64,000 nt of DNA from Bacteroidales bacterium UBA1189 (GTDB lineage Bacteria; Bacteroidota; Bacteroidia; Bacteroidales; Bacteroidaceae), in assembly GCA_002309805.1 (NCBI GenBank), contig DBYJ01000015.1:14497-78496 (forward strand), in the 5' to 3' direction. The position numbers and the translations under genes are program-made. The notes below the pieces were generated by a model. The model was given only the letters and a program-made list of their open reading frames with translations, was not told the DNA's origin and did not search any database. How positions within the stretch are numbered: the first letter of the stretch is position 1; every line of letters begins with the position of its first letter. Of the stretch, positions 9,018 to 20,843 are shown piece by piece.

Positions 9018-9692
9018 ATGAAACGTATTCCAAACCCCATAAAAGTCCATCTGTTTGCGCTCATCTGCGCAGTCATTGGCTTTGCTCCTGCGGCTAATGC
9101 GCTGATAATTCAGCCATCCGTCGTTCAGGCTGATACCGTCACACTATCTGCCACCGATGTCGCAAAAGCGCAGAAAGAGGCCGACAAGATAGCCCGTAAG
9201 GCGGCTAAGGAGGAAGCGAAAAAAGCGCGCAACCACGAGAAATACCTCAAAAAGCAGGCCAAGAAACAGGCTAAGCGCGAAAAGGAGCAGGCAAAAATGG
9301 TAGCCCGTTCGCAGAAAGAGGCCGAGAAGATGGCAAAGAAACTGGCTGCGATGAAGCCTCAGACGGTTTGGCTCTATGGAGCTGGCATGAATTTCCTTGA
9401 CTCTGTGGTCTATGTGACTGACTTCCAGCATCTGGACAGCGTTTATATCGAGCCCGACGGAGAATTGCGCGACTACTATGCCTACTCGGGCAGCCTGAAA
9501 TTCTACCTCGAATCGCACTACGGGCTTGAAAACGAAATGTGCGCCGTATTCTATATGACAGACGAGAAAAAGGCCGTCAAGCGCTTCTCCAAAATGGATG
9601 CCAAACTGCGCAAGAAGGGCTTCATAATCAATCGTGTCAGCCGCGACGACTTTGCCTTCGAACGTGAGGACGAGAGCGCGTCCACCCAGTAA
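9018..9692 (+). CDS. hypothetical secreted protein with a K/E-rich coiled-coil segment
   Basis: The ATG at 9018 gives MKRIPNPIKVHLFALICAVIGFAPAANA, a signal peptide. The listed start at 8982 is a TTG that lies upstream of the promoter box. A lysine/alanine/glutamate-rich stretch is followed by a globular C-terminus. Confidence 0.6.
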   Translation: MKRIPNPIKVHLFALICAVIGFAPAANALIIQPSVVQADTVTLSATDVAKAQKEADKIARKAAKEEAKKARNHEKYLKKQAKKQAKREKEQAKMVARSQKEAEKMAKKLAAMKPQTVWLYGAGMNFLDSVVYVTDFQHLDSVYIEPDGELRDYYAYSGSLKFYLESHYGLENEMCAVFYMTDEKKAVKRFSKMDAKLRKKGFIINRVSRDDFAFEREDESASTQ

Positions 9693-9713
9693 TAGAACTG
9701 CAAGAAAAACACC

Positions 9714-10949
9714 ATGTCACTACGGGCTATTGGCTACAGACTTCTGGCGGCAATCCTGCTTCTGCCCCTCTCTGCATGCCATCCGTGGGACCACCCAGGA
9801 AACGAAGACGATGACAACCGCCTCACGCGTACCATATTGGTTTACATGGTGGCGGAAAACAGCCTCTCCTACGGGAATTTTCAGGAACAGGACTTCGAAG
9901 AGATTGTCCAATCTGTGGGCGAGATTCCTGACAAATGCCAAATGCTTATCTATATGGACGACACGGAGTTCCCACGTCTCTATGTGGTTGACAAGTCCCA
10001 GCCGACGGGCTTGCGTGAGCTCTTGCATTGGAAGACCGATTACGACAGCTGCGACCCAGGCACTCTGAAAGAAATCATGAATGCCGCCGTCACCCTCTAT
10101 CCGTCCAAGGGCTACGGACTGGTTTTCTGGAGCCACGGAAACGCCTGGATGCCAGCCAAACGCGCTGAAAATCCGCGACGCACCATCGGTATTGACAACG
10201 GACGAAACAGCCAAGATAATTCAGGGTCGAAAATGGAAATCAGCCAACTGCGCGAAGCCCTGAGTCCCTTCCCCAAGCTAGACTTCCTGATGTTCGACGC
10301 CTGCTTCATGCAGACCATCGAAGTGGCCTGGGAGCTGCGCGACATCACCCGTTACATCATTGCCTCGCCTGCCGAGATACCCAACCCAGGTGCGCCCTAC
10401 CATCGCATCATCCCCCCGATGTTTGCCAAACAAGCCGATGTGGAGGGTATCATCGATGAATATTTCCGCTTCTATGCCGACTCTGCCGTCTATATCCGCG
10501 AAGGCTACAGCTATACCCACGGGGCGGTACTCTCTGTTGTCGATTGCACGAAGTTGGAGGCCTTGCAGGCTTCAACAGAAAAGATGGTTCAACGCTATGC
10601 CTCAGCCGACGAAGACCTAAGGCTGACAAGTGTGCTCAGGTATTTCCCCCTCTCGTCGCAGGTCATTCCTGAATTCTATGACATGAAGGGCTACATGCGC
10701 CACCTTATCACCTCGTCTACGGATTGGAGTGAGTGGCACGCCGCTTTCGACGCTGCCGTACCCTATCGCAGAGCTACGGAGCATTGGTTTACTTCCTACA
10801 CAGGCGGCTACATGTACATTCGTGACAAAGAGGACTTCGGAGGAATCTCCATGTTCGTTCCCCAACCCGAGGATTACTTCGACAACCTCCTGAACCAATT
10901 CCGCGCCACTTCGTGGTATCCCGTCTCAGGCTGGTCGTCCTTTTATTAA
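9714..10949 (+). CDS. clostripain-family (C11) cysteine peptidase lipoprotein
   Basis: Lipobox LLPLSAC. The catalytic His context is VFWSHGNAW and the Cys context is LMFDACFMQTIEV, both typical of peptidase family C11. Confidence 0.8.
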   Translation: MSLRAIGYRLLAAILLLPLSACHPWDHPGNEDDDNRLTRTILVYMVAENSLSYGNFQEQDFEEIVQSVGEIPDKCQMLIYMDDTEFPRLYVVDKSQPTGLRELLHWKTDYDSCDPGTLKEIMNAAVTLYPSKGYGLVFWSHGNAWMPAKRAENPRRTIGIDNGRNSQDNSGSKMEISQLREALSPFPKLDFLMFDACFMQTIEVAWELRDITRYIIASPAEIPNPGAPYHRIIPPMFAKQADVEGIIDEYFRFYADSAVYIREGYSYTHGAVLSVVDCTKLEALQASTEKMVQRYASADEDLRLTSVLRYFPLSSQVIPEFYDMKGYMRHLITSSTDWSEWHAAFDAAVPYRRATEHWFTSYTGGYMYIRDKEDFGGISMFVPQPEDYFDNLLNQFRATSWYPVSGWSSFY

Positions 10950-10971
10950 AACAGACAATACAATCCGTATA

Positions 10972-11841
10972 TTAAAGCGCCAGCTGCTGACGCATTTTTC
11001 CCTTCAACTCTTCTGAAACGGAAACCAGCGGAAGACGAAGCACATCGTGGCACATTCCCTTCAGGCTCAAAGCGGCTTTCACACCCGCAGGACTACCCTC
11101 AGCAAACAGCAGGTCACACCACTCGGCAAATCCAAAACTTTCGTCGCATTTCCCCTTATTCACCAACGCGCAGGCCTCGCGCGGGAAAAGATTGCTCAGC
11201 ACAGATACCACGCCGTCAGCCCCTAACGACATCAGCTGCGGCGTCAGCTTATCGTCGCCACTGAGAACTTTGAACCCCTCAGGACGCTCGCGGATAATCC
11301 GCTCTATCTGAGGGACATTGCCCGATGCCTCCTTAATACCGATAATGCGCGTGCAGTCACGAGCCAAGCGCAATGTGGTATCTGCCGTAAGGTTCACGCC
11401 CGTACGCGAAGGCACATTATAGAGCACAATAGGTAACGGAGAAGCCTCGGCCAACGTACGATAATGGCGGTAAAGCCCCTCCTGCGAAGGCTTGTTATAA
11501 TAAGGCGTGACGATGAGCAAGGCATCCATCCCTTCGAAAGAATCGGATTTCATACGCCTGAGCATACCCGCCGTATCATTACCTCCAAACCCCAGCAATA
11601 GGGGAAGCCTCCCTTCGACTATACGGACTATTGTTTTGCGTATCAAATGCTGTTCATCGTCCGTCAGCGTAGGCGTCTCGGCTGTAGTGCCCAATACACA
11701 GAGGAAGTTCACCCCCGCTTCGATATTACTGACGACCAAGCGATCCAGCGCGTCCACATCCACACGGCCGTCCTCACAGAAAGGGGTCACAAGGGCTGTT
11801 CCCACGCCGCTAAGTCCCACAAAAGCTTCGTTTCTATCCAT
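10972..11841 (-). CDS. dapA: 4-hydroxy-tetrahydrodipicolinate synthase
   Basis: DapA pattern GVGTALVTPF...LCVLGTTAETPTLT...YNVPSRTG...IGIKEASG. The start is placed at the internal ATG (MDRNEAF...). Confidence 0.93.
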   Translation of the reverse strand: MDRNEAFVGLSGVGTALVTPFCEDGRVDVDALDRLVVSNIEAGVNFLCVLGTTAETPTLTDDEQHLIRKTIVRIVEGRLPLLLGFGGNDTAGMLRRMKSDSFEGMDALLIVTPYYNKPSQEGLYRHYRTLAEASPLPIVLYNVPSRTGVNLTADTTLRLARDCTRIIGIKEASGNVPQIERIIRERPEGFKVLSGDDKLTPQLMSLGADGVVSVLSNLFPREACALVNKGKCDESFGFAEWCDLLFAEGSPAGVKAALSLKGMCHDVLRLPLVSVSEELKGKMRQQLAL

Positions 11842-11889
11842 GTTATTACCTAAATCTTCGGCGAAGGTAGTGCAACCTATGCAAAAAAA

Positions 11890-11897
11890 CAAATCTA
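11890..11897 (-). promoter_or_regulatory. -7 promoter box TAGATTTG (minus strand)
   Basis: TAnnTTTG motif 48 nt upstream of the dapA start. Confidence 0.35.
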
Positions 11898-11934
11898 TTT
11901 ACCTTTTTTGTAGAAACACACGAATATAATTCCA

Positions 11935-13959
<2,025 letters not shown>

Positions 13960-13976
13960 TTATTCTTTAACCCATA

Positions 13977-16472
13977 TCAATAGAGTGCATCCTCAATTCT
14001 GTTCATCACTTCGTCGCAAAGAATGTCATACGTCTTTTCCAAAGGAAACACGGGCGGGAGGAACGTAACTTCCACCGGCACCCGTTTGGGAAGGTGACGC
14101 CCCTTCGGCATCGCCTTGTAGGCACCACTAATAGCCACGGGAACAATGGGTACATTAAGTTCGCGGCTCAGGATGGCAAACATTTTCTTGAAAGGACCCA
14201 ACGCCCCGGTAGTGGTACGCGTTCCTTCGGGGAATATAATGACACGCCCGCCGCGCTTCAGCACTTCGCCCAACGTCTGGATGCTCTCCTTCAGGTTCTT
14301 ATCATCTATCACAATGACGTTGTTGTGCCGTGCCATGAATTGAGCAAAACGGTTCCTCACATGGTCGCGTTTAGCAAAGAAATAAGTCCCTGAAAGCAAC
14401 TTTCTGGAGAGAAACGAAATCACAAAGATACCATCGAAATAGCATTGGTGATTCGGTGCCAGGATGAACGGCCCGTCCTCCGGCAAGTTTTCCATTCCAC
14501 TTCCCTTCAAGTGGAAATACGCACGGCTGAGCCCACGTCCCAAAAAGGCAAGAACATGAGTGAGCCAGCCAGCTCGAGGGAGCACCGCGTTACTAGTGTT
14601 CTCGTGAAGCAGAGTAGCCCAGTCGGCCTTCTCTACCTCTACGCGTGTTTTGGTTTCTCCGACAAACGCAGCTAGTTCCCTTACATCACGGAACAAGGAC
14701 AGACGTTCTGCCGTCAACGTTATGCCGAATGTCTGCTCAATGAACGATTGCAGTCCCACCTTATCCAAAGAGTCCAAGGCAAGATCCGTTTCCAAATTGT
14801 CTGAAGGATGTACTTCAACGCGTTTCTCCTCCTCAATATACTGTTTTATGATGCGATACTCTTCTGACGCAGGAGCATCATCAGACGTCTTATGACGAGT
14901 TTCCGGAACAGAAGAGGAAAGCAGCTCCGGCAGTTTATAACGTTGCAGTTTTTCCATACGGGTACGGGGTAGTTCGCCATGCACCACACGCACGCTCAAC
15001 ACCCGTTTGTAAGGTTCCGTCCCGCTATTGTATGGTTCGATAACCTCACGTTTCAACGTCTGCTCCAACTCCTCGTCGCTCTTCCCTTTGGCCCATTGCT
15101 CATCAGGCACGATGATGGCACATAGTTTGTCGCCATCAGGACAGACGCCCACCTCTTTCACCTTATCCTCGTGGCGCTCCAGTTTCTGCTCTATCTCTGT
15201 GGGATTGACGTTTTTTCCATTGGAGAGGACGATGATTTCCTTCGTACGTCCTGTAATGAAGATACGTCCATCCTCGCGAATGGTTGCAAGGTCTCCCGTG
15301 TGGATAAAGCCATCAGCATCTATCACTTCGGCCGTTTCCTCTGGACGATTGTAGTAGCCCTGCATCACATTCGGCCCTTTTGCACACAACTCTCCATCCA
15401 CAAGTTTCACCTCCACGCTGGGCATAGCCTTGCCCACGCTTCCCGGCACCAAATCGTCTGGGCGGGTAAACGAGATGACTGGAGCCGTCTCCGTCATCCC
15501 ATAGCCATCAAGCAGATCTAGTCCCAACGTCTTCATACCGGCAGCCACCTCAACAGGCAGAGCCGCTCCGCCATTCACGCAGAACTCCAGATGCCCGCCT
15601 AACTTCTTCTGAACAGCCTTGAACACAAAACGTGAGAAGCGCAGACTATCCACCCGTTCGCAAAAACGGAAAAGGAAACGTGTGATAGCTGAGGCATCAA
15701 TCTTTCGCTTTATACCATTATAGATTATCTGCCACAAGCGCGGCACACCCACAATGATATGAACCTCGCCCGTCTGCAAAGTGGCCATGATGTCCGGTGC
15801 AGCCATTGAAGGACAAATGATAACCCCTGCTCCCAACATCATCGGCGCCACCAACGTGCCCAACAAAGGCAGCACATGGTGGAGAGGCAGCAATATCAGG
15901 GTGCGGGCCTCGCTGTGATAGATGCACACTTCCTCAGAAACAGAACGTACATTGGCAAACATATTGCGGAACGAAAGCATTACGCCCTTGGGTGTTCCCG
16001 TTGTTCCGGAGGTGTAGCAGATTAGCGCAGTACGTTCTTCATCCCGAACAAATAACTGATCCAAACGAACCGCTGGATCATCCAAAACCTCCGGATTATC
16101 TTTAAGAGCCGAATCCTCCAGCTCGTCAATCACCAGAAGCGTGGTAGCTGTTCCAGCCTCAGCAATAGCACGACGCATGACATCAGCCGTCCGCGCCGAT
16201 ACCCAAGCCCGTTCGGGCTGGCAATCCCGCAAGATGTATGCCACATCTTCAACGGTACTCATGGCATCCACAGGTACAGCTATCCCTTCGCAAAACCAGA
16301 CAGAAAAAATGGCATATATCCAGCCCGTACGGTTCTCGCTGAAGATGACAGTCTTTTCTTTCGCATGCTGACCAGACACATGGGCAAAGTGCTGTATGTG
16401 TTGTTGCATTTCGGAGAAACTAATTCTCTTGTCGCTTGCGATAATGGCTGTCTTATTATAGTCTGTAATCAT
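13977..16472 (-). CDS. tri-domain protein: acyl-AMP ligase, carrier (phosphopantetheine-binding) domain and PlsC-type acyltransferase
   Basis: Adenylation cores YTSGTTGTPKGV, GYGMTET and GDLATIREDGRIFITGRTKE. Carrier motif LALDSLDKVGL. Acyltransferase motifs NHQCYFDG (HX4D) and FPEGTRT. Confidence 0.85.
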   Translation of the reverse strand: MITDYNKTAIIASDKRISFSEMQQHIQHFAHVSGQHAKEKTVIFSENRTGWIYAIFSVWFCEGIAVPVDAMSTVEDVAYILRDCQPERAWVSARTADVMRRAIAEAGTATTLLVIDELEDSALKDNPEVLDDPAVRLDQLFVRDEERTALICYTSGTTGTPKGVMLSFRNMFANVRSVSEEVCIYHSEARTLILLPLHHVLPLLGTLVAPMMLGAGVIICPSMAAPDIMATLQTGEVHIIVGVPRLWQIIYNGIKRKIDASAITRFLFRFCERVDSLRFSRFVFKAVQKKLGGHLEFCVNGGAALPVEVAAGMKTLGLDLLDGYGMTETAPVISFTRPDDLVPGSVGKAMPSVEVKLVDGELCAKGPNVMQGYYNRPEETAEVIDADGFIHTGDLATIREDGRIFITGRTKEIIVLSNGKNVNPTEIEQKLERHEDKVKEVGVCPDGDKLCAIIVPDEQWAKGKSDEELEQTLKREVIEPYNSGTEPYKRVLSVRVVHGELPRTRMEKLQRYKLPELLSSSVPETRHKTSDDAPASEEYRIIKQYIEEEKRVEVHPSDNLETDLALDSLDKVGLQSFIEQTFGITLTAERLSLFRDVRELAAFVGETKTRVEVEKADWATLLHENTSNAVLPRAGWLTHVLAFLGRGLSRAYFHLKGSGMENLPEDGPFILAPNHQCYFDGIFVISFLSRKLLSGTYFFAKRDHVRNRFAQFMARHNNVIVIDDKNLKESIQTLGEVLKRGGRVIIFPEGTRTTTGALGPFKKMFAILSRELNVPIVPVAISGAYKAMPKGRHLPKRVPVEVTFLPPVFPLEKTYDILCDEVMNRIEDALY

Positions 16473-16502
16473 TTTTTACAGTATCCAATTCCAAATTTGC
16501 GA

Positions 16503-16510
16503 CAAAAGTA
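16503..16510 (-). promoter_or_regulatory. -7 promoter box TACTTTTG (minus strand)
   Basis: Lies 30 nt upstream of the 16472 start and is divergent from the trmD promoter. Confidence 0.45.
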
Positions 16511-16533
16511 GCACATTTTTTTGAAAAAAGCAC

Positions 16534-16541
16534 TACTTTTG
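16534..16541 (+). promoter_or_regulatory. -7 promoter box TACTTTTG
   Basis: Lies 22 nt upstream of the trmD ATG. Confidence 0.45.
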
Positions 16542-16563
16542 CAAATCAAAATAGATTTTTACG

Positions 16564-17241
16564 ATGCGCATTGACATACTCACCGTACTGCCTGAGATGA
16601 TAGAGGGATTCTTCAATTGCTCCATCATGGCGCGGGCCCAAAAGAAGGGACTGGCGGAAATCGTCATCCACAATATCCGCGACTACACGACCGACAAGCA
16701 CCACAAGACGGACGACTATCCCTTTGGAGGTAGCGCTGGTATGGTGATGAAAATCGAACCTATAGACCGCCTTATCACCAAACTGAAAAGCGAGCGTGAG
16801 TACGACGACGTCATTTTCACTTCACCCGACGGCGAACGTTTCGACCAACGGATGGCTAACAGTCTGAGCCTCTGCAACAACCTCATCATCCTTTGCGGGC
16901 ACTTCAAAGGAATAGACTATCGTGTACGAGAGCACCTCATCACCCGCGAAGTGAGTATTGGCGATTATGTACTGACAGGCGGCGAACTGGCTGCCGCTGC
17001 TATTGCCGACGCGACTGTGCGGCTCATACCAGGCGTGTTGGGCGACGTAGGCTCGGCGCTTGACGACTCCTTCCAAGACGGACTGCTCGACCATCCCGTC
17101 TATACCCGCCCAGCCGACTACAAGGGATGGTGCGTGCCCGAGATTCTGCTCTCTGGCAACGAAGCGCTCATCCGTGAATGGGAGCTGAACCAACAGATTG
17201 CCCGCACGCGCCGCCTTCGCCCCGACCTGCTGAAAGATTAA
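16564..17241 (+). CDS. trmD: tRNA (guanine37-N1)-methyltransferase
   Basis: [12 protein letters not shown]..., [13 protein letters not shown] and [13 protein letters not shown] are typical TrmD motifs. Confidence 0.95.
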   Translation: MRIDILTVLPEMIEGFFNCSIMARAQKKGLAEIVIHNIRDYTTDKHHKTDDYPFGGSAGMVMKIEPIDRLITKLKSEREYDDVIFTSPDGERFDQRMANSLSLCNNLIILCGHFKGIDYRVREHLITREVSIGDYVLTGGELAAAAIADATVRLIPGVLGDVGSALDDSFQDGLLDHPVYTRPADYKGWCVPEILLSGNEALIREWELNQQIARTRRLRPDLLKD

Positions 17242-17246
17242 CGCAG

Positions 17247-18893
17247 TTATTTTAGTTTCCAGAGTTCAGCCTCAGCCTTTCGGACGACTGCGGCAGCATC
17301 GGTATCGTCAACATAATTGTTGCCGGCGAAGGGCGCGAGAATGGCATCGAGTTTCTTCTGGACTGAAGGAGAGCCCTCGGCACGCAGGATGCGGATTTTC
17401 TCGAAGTCCTGTATGCCCTGCACAAGGCGTTCGAAGCGGATGCTGCTGCCCGTGGGATAGACCAGAAAACAGTCGCCACTATACCAAGAGCCGAAACGGG
17501 TATCGGCACAAGGGTCTTTCATCCAACTATTGTATGCCCAGCGCAGGTAGCCGTCGAAACCCAGCGCGGCAGCATGCAGCCCGATGAAAGCCGATTCGGC
17601 AGGCGGCGAGAAGGTGAACGTGTTGGGGCGGTCGGGCGAACAGCAGGTGTAGAACGTGGTACGCAACCCATCGGCACGTCGCTGGGCAGCAGCTTCGGCA
17701 GGCACATTTACGTGACGATAGCCCAGACTGATGTCGTACATCATCGACACCACCTCAGGCGAATAGTTGACGGCGCCCTCAATACGGTAGCCCGGATCGG
17801 CGCGTCGCAAGACTTCCCATGCTGCACGCAGCTGATCCATAGGGCGCTCGTCCATAGCGATACAGGTCTTCCCGAACCATCCTTTTGCCTTCAGGTGACG
17901 TGCAAAGTCGGTAAGGAACGGCAGTATAAAGTCCTCGTAAGCCTTCTCGCCCGGGCGGCAGGCAAACGTCTGCAACGTGCTTGACGCCAAATCGAAATAC
18001 TCGAAGCGATAGCCCCAAGGGACGATGGTGTAGCAGTCGATCTGCTCCGTCACGCCGCACGACATCATGAACTCTACCCAACGGTCGAAGACCGTATAGT
18101 CGTACGTCCACGTACCGTCGATGCTCTTCATCTTCACAATCATGCTCTCGAAGGGGTCGTACGTCTGGCTGTTCCACGGATGCTGTATGATGCTGGCGGT
18201 TATCACCTTTCCGCCGGCCTCGGCATACCGTTCCATAATGGGGCGCATACGCTCGAAGTGCTCCTTGCTCCAGAGCGGAACGTTGAAGTAACGGGCGACG
18301 GAATAGGGGTTCTGCCAGAGGTCGAGGTGGAACTTCCAGTCCTTCGGCTCGGGCAGCACGCGATTGGCAACGGTAAGCCTGACGGGCAGGCTCAATGTCG
18401 TGCCGCCGAACGAAACGCTCACCGTACCCCGATATTTCCCCGGCGCAGCATCACGCGGCACGCGGATGTCGAGCCACACGGGGCACGTGGTATTAGCCTC
18501 CACGTGGCACGTCGGCTGGGGGTCGAGCCGATCGGCAACGATGCACGAGTCCTTGTGCAGCTTGCCGTAGCCGTCAGCCATCACGTAGCGCACGAAGTAG
18601 CGCCGGATGCAATCTGACTGGATGACATTCTTCCCGCTCGTCAAATCGCTAACGCTGAGCGTAAGCTCTCCGTCCTTGGGCGCCGAGAATACGGCCTGCG
18701 CACTTACCCTCTCCCCACGCCAAGCACGCAGATCGGGACTTTGCAAAATCTTCGGAACATAGAGAGATTCGTGTTGCTCATAGCGAACATCCGTTGAGCC
18801 CCAGGTAAATACGGGGTAATCCGTCTGCCCAAAGGCAGGCACACACATCACCAGCGACACGAGCTGGAATAGCAATGATAATCTATTCTTCAT
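17247..18893 (-). CDS. secreted DUF4091 / GH123-like glycoside hydrolase family protein
   Basis: Signal peptide, then a central region (KFHLDLWQNPYSVARYF...IQHPWNSQTYDPFESM...) that resembles the DUF4091 catalytic domain. The assignment is from memory. Confidence 0.6.
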   Translation of the reverse strand: MKNRLSLLFQLVSLVMCVPAFGQTDYPVFTWGSTDVRYEQHESLYVPKILQSPDLRAWRGERVSAQAVFSAPKDGELTLSVSDLTSGKNVIQSDCIRRYFVRYVMADGYGKLHKDSCIVADRLDPQPTCHVEANTTCPVWLDIRVPRDAAPGKYRGTVSVSFGGTTLSLPVRLTVANRVLPEPKDWKFHLDLWQNPYSVARYFNVPLWSKEHFERMRPIMERYAEAGGKVITASIIQHPWNSQTYDPFESMIVKMKSIDGTWTYDYTVFDRWVEFMMSCGVTEQIDCYTIVPWGYRFEYFDLASSTLQTFACRPGEKAYEDFILPFLTDFARHLKAKGWFGKTCIAMDERPMDQLRAAWEVLRRADPGYRIEGAVNYSPEVVSMMYDISLGYRHVNVPAEAAAQRRADGLRTTFYTCCSPDRPNTFTFSPPAESAFIGLHAAALGFDGYLRWAYNSWMKDPCADTRFGSWYSGDCFLVYPTGSSIRFERLVQGIQDFEKIRILRAEGSPSVQKKLDAILAPFAGNNYVDDTDAAAVVRKAEAELWKLK

Positions 18894-18945
18894 AGTGGTT
18901 TATGGTTTTACATGGGTACTTTTCACGCTATCACATTTACTGCAG

Positions 18946-18953
18946 CAAAGATA
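18946..18953 (-). promoter_or_regulatory. -7 promoter box TATCTTTG (minus strand)
   Basis: Lies 52 nt upstream of the 18893 start. Confidence 0.45.
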
Positions 18954-19122
18954 ATGCCTTTTCTTCAGACATACAACAAAACTCCCCTGAAAGTGAAAAA
19001 AAGCATTTTCCCACGAATGCATCCCATATTTAAATAAAGTATAGCTCTCCTACCCCTTATCCCTATTCAGCGTATGATTTCCAAAGACGAAACGAACGGG
19101 AAACAATACTTTATAAGTTGCT

Positions 19123-19176
19123 CAACGCGTTGGGTAACGTTGCTCAACGCGTTGGGTAACGTGTATCAACGCGTTG
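19123..19176. promoter_or_regulatory. three copies of the 10-bp palindrome CAACGCGTTG phased at 22 bp (candidate operator array upstream of gdhA)
   Basis: The palindromes start at 19123, 19145 and 19167, about 150-200 bp upstream of the gdhA -7 box. The flanks extend toward the 22-bp palindrome GTTGCTCAACGCGTTGAGCAAC. Confidence 0.5.
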
Positions 19177-19324
19177 AGCAACCCAATAAGGCTTACGAAC
19201 AGACAAATAGTGCTATGTATAAACCGGAGGAAGCAGGAAACTGCATATTCACATCAATATTACAATTTCTATTATTTTTGATAAAAAAAGTTTCGATTTG
19301 TTTTGCAGATTCAATTTTTAGCAG

Positions 19325-19332
19325 TAATTTTG
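19325..19332 (+). promoter_or_regulatory. gdhA promoter: -7 box TAATTTTG with -33 TTTG at 19302-19305
   Basis: TAnnTTTG motif with a TTTG 19 bp upstream, 75 nt before the ATG at 19408. Confidence 0.5.
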
Positions 19333-19407
19333 CAGCGAAATTAGAAAGAAGTTAATTTGCCGAAAGGCATAAAACTGAATAAAAACATTCTAATAGGTAT
19401 TAGTCAT

Positions 19408-20742
19408 ATGAAAGCAGAAGAAGTACTTGCTCAGTTGAAAGAGCGTTTTCCCGGCGAGCCGGAGTATTATCAGGCAGTAGGTGAGGTCCTCCGTACCATC
19501 GAGGACGAGTACAACCGTCACCCCGAGTTTGAAGAAACCAATCTGGTGGAGCGTCTGTGCATCCCCGATCGTATCGTGCAGTTCCGCGTGACCTGGACGG
19601 ACGATGCAGGGCGCGTGCGCACCAACATGGGCTACCGCATCCAGCACTCGAATGCCATTGGCCCGTACAAGGGTGGTATCCGCTTCCACGCTTCGGTGAA
19701 CCCAAGCATCCTGAAGTTCCTCGCCTTCGAGCAGACGTTCAAGAATTCGCTCACCACCCTGCCTATGGGCGGTGCCAAGGGCGGCTCGGACTTCAGCCCG
19801 AGAGGAAAGAGCAAGAACGAGGTGATGCGCTTCTGCCAGGCCTTCGTTACCGAGCTTTGGCGCAACATTGGCCCTGACACGGACGTTCCTGCCGGCGATA
19901 TCGGCGTGGGAGGACGCGAAGTGGGCTTCATGTTCGGTATGTACAAGAAACTGACGCGCGAATTCACAGGAACCTTCACCGGCAAGGGACGCGACTTCGG
20001 CGGCTCGCTCATCCGTCCTGAGGCTACGGGCTACGGCAACGTCTACTTCCTTCAGGAGATGTTGAAAACGCGTGGCGAAGACGTGAAGGGCAAGAGCGTA
20101 CTTATCTCCGGCGCAGGCAACGTGGCTCAGTACACAGCCGAGAAGGTCCTGCAGCTGGGAGGCAAGGTGCTCACCATGAGCGACTCCGATGGCTACATCT
20201 ACGACCCCGACGGCATCGACCGTGCGAAGCTCGACTACATCATGGAACTCAAGAACGACTACCGCGGACGTATCAAGGAATATGCCGACAAATACGGCTG
20301 CAAGTATGTCGCTAAGGCTCGTCCTTGGGGCGAGAAGGCCGACATCGCCCTGCCCTGCGCTACGCAGAACGAAATCAACGGCGACGAGGCCCGCACGCTG
20401 GTTGCCAACGGCGTTATTGCCGTCAGCGAAGGCGCCAACATGCCCTCAACTGCTGAAGCCGTGAGCGTGTTCCAGGAAGCCCGCATCCTCTACTGCCCGG
20501 GCAAGGCCTCTAACGCAGGCGGCGTAAGCGTCAGCGGATTGGAAATGAGCCAGAACTCAGAGCGCCTCAGTTGGAGCGCCGAAGAAGTGGATCGTCGTCT
20601 GCACGAAATCATGTGCAACATCCATGCCTCGTGCGTCAAGTACGGACGCCAGCCGGACGGCTACATCGACTACGTGAAGGGCGCCAACATCGCCGGCTTC
20701 ATGAAGGTCGCCCGTGCCATGATGGCTCAGGGAATTGTGTAA
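19408..20742 (+). CDS. gdhA: NADP-specific glutamate dehydrogenase
   Basis: GDH motifs KGGIRFH, LPMGGAKGG and GAGNVAQY. The internal ATG (MKAEEVLAQL...) gives 444 aa, the normal size. Confidence 0.95.
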   Translation: MKAEEVLAQLKERFPGEPEYYQAVGEVLRTIEDEYNRHPEFEETNLVERLCIPDRIVQFRVTWTDDAGRVRTNMGYRIQHSNAIGPYKGGIRFHASVNPSILKFLAFEQTFKNSLTTLPMGGAKGGSDFSPRGKSKNEVMRFCQAFVTELWRNIGPDTDVPAGDIGVGGREVGFMFGMYKKLTREFTGTFTGKGRDFGGSLIRPEATGYGNVYFLQEMLKTRGEDVKGKSVLISGAGNVAQYTAEKVLQLGGKVLTMSDSDGYIYDPDGIDRAKLDYIMELKNDYRGRIKEYADKYGCKYVAKARPWGEKADIALPCATQNEINGDEARTLVANGVIAVSEGANMPSTAEAVSVFQEARILYCPGKASNAGGVSVSGLEMSQNSERLSWSAEEVDRRLHEIMCNIHASCVKYGRQPDGYIDYVKGANIAGFMKVARAMMAQGIV

Positions 20743-20806
20743 TCACTAAGGAATAAGAAATAAACCATAGCAAAACATATATCATTATTTCTTCGTAAGC
20801 ATGTTG

Positions 20807-20843
20807 ATGGAGCCCGACAGCGATGTCCGGCTCCATGTTTTTT
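20807..20843 (+). terminator. rho-independent terminator of gdhA
   Basis: ATGGAGCCCGACA / TGTCCGGCTCCAT stem with one mismatch, loop GCGA, followed by GTTTTTT. Confidence 0.75.

Noticed and set aside
19074-19355. 93-aa plus-strand ORF upstream of gdhA
   Set aside because: It spans the CAACGCGTTG repeat array and the gdhA promoter (-33 and -7 boxes lie inside it). There is no signal of coding potential.
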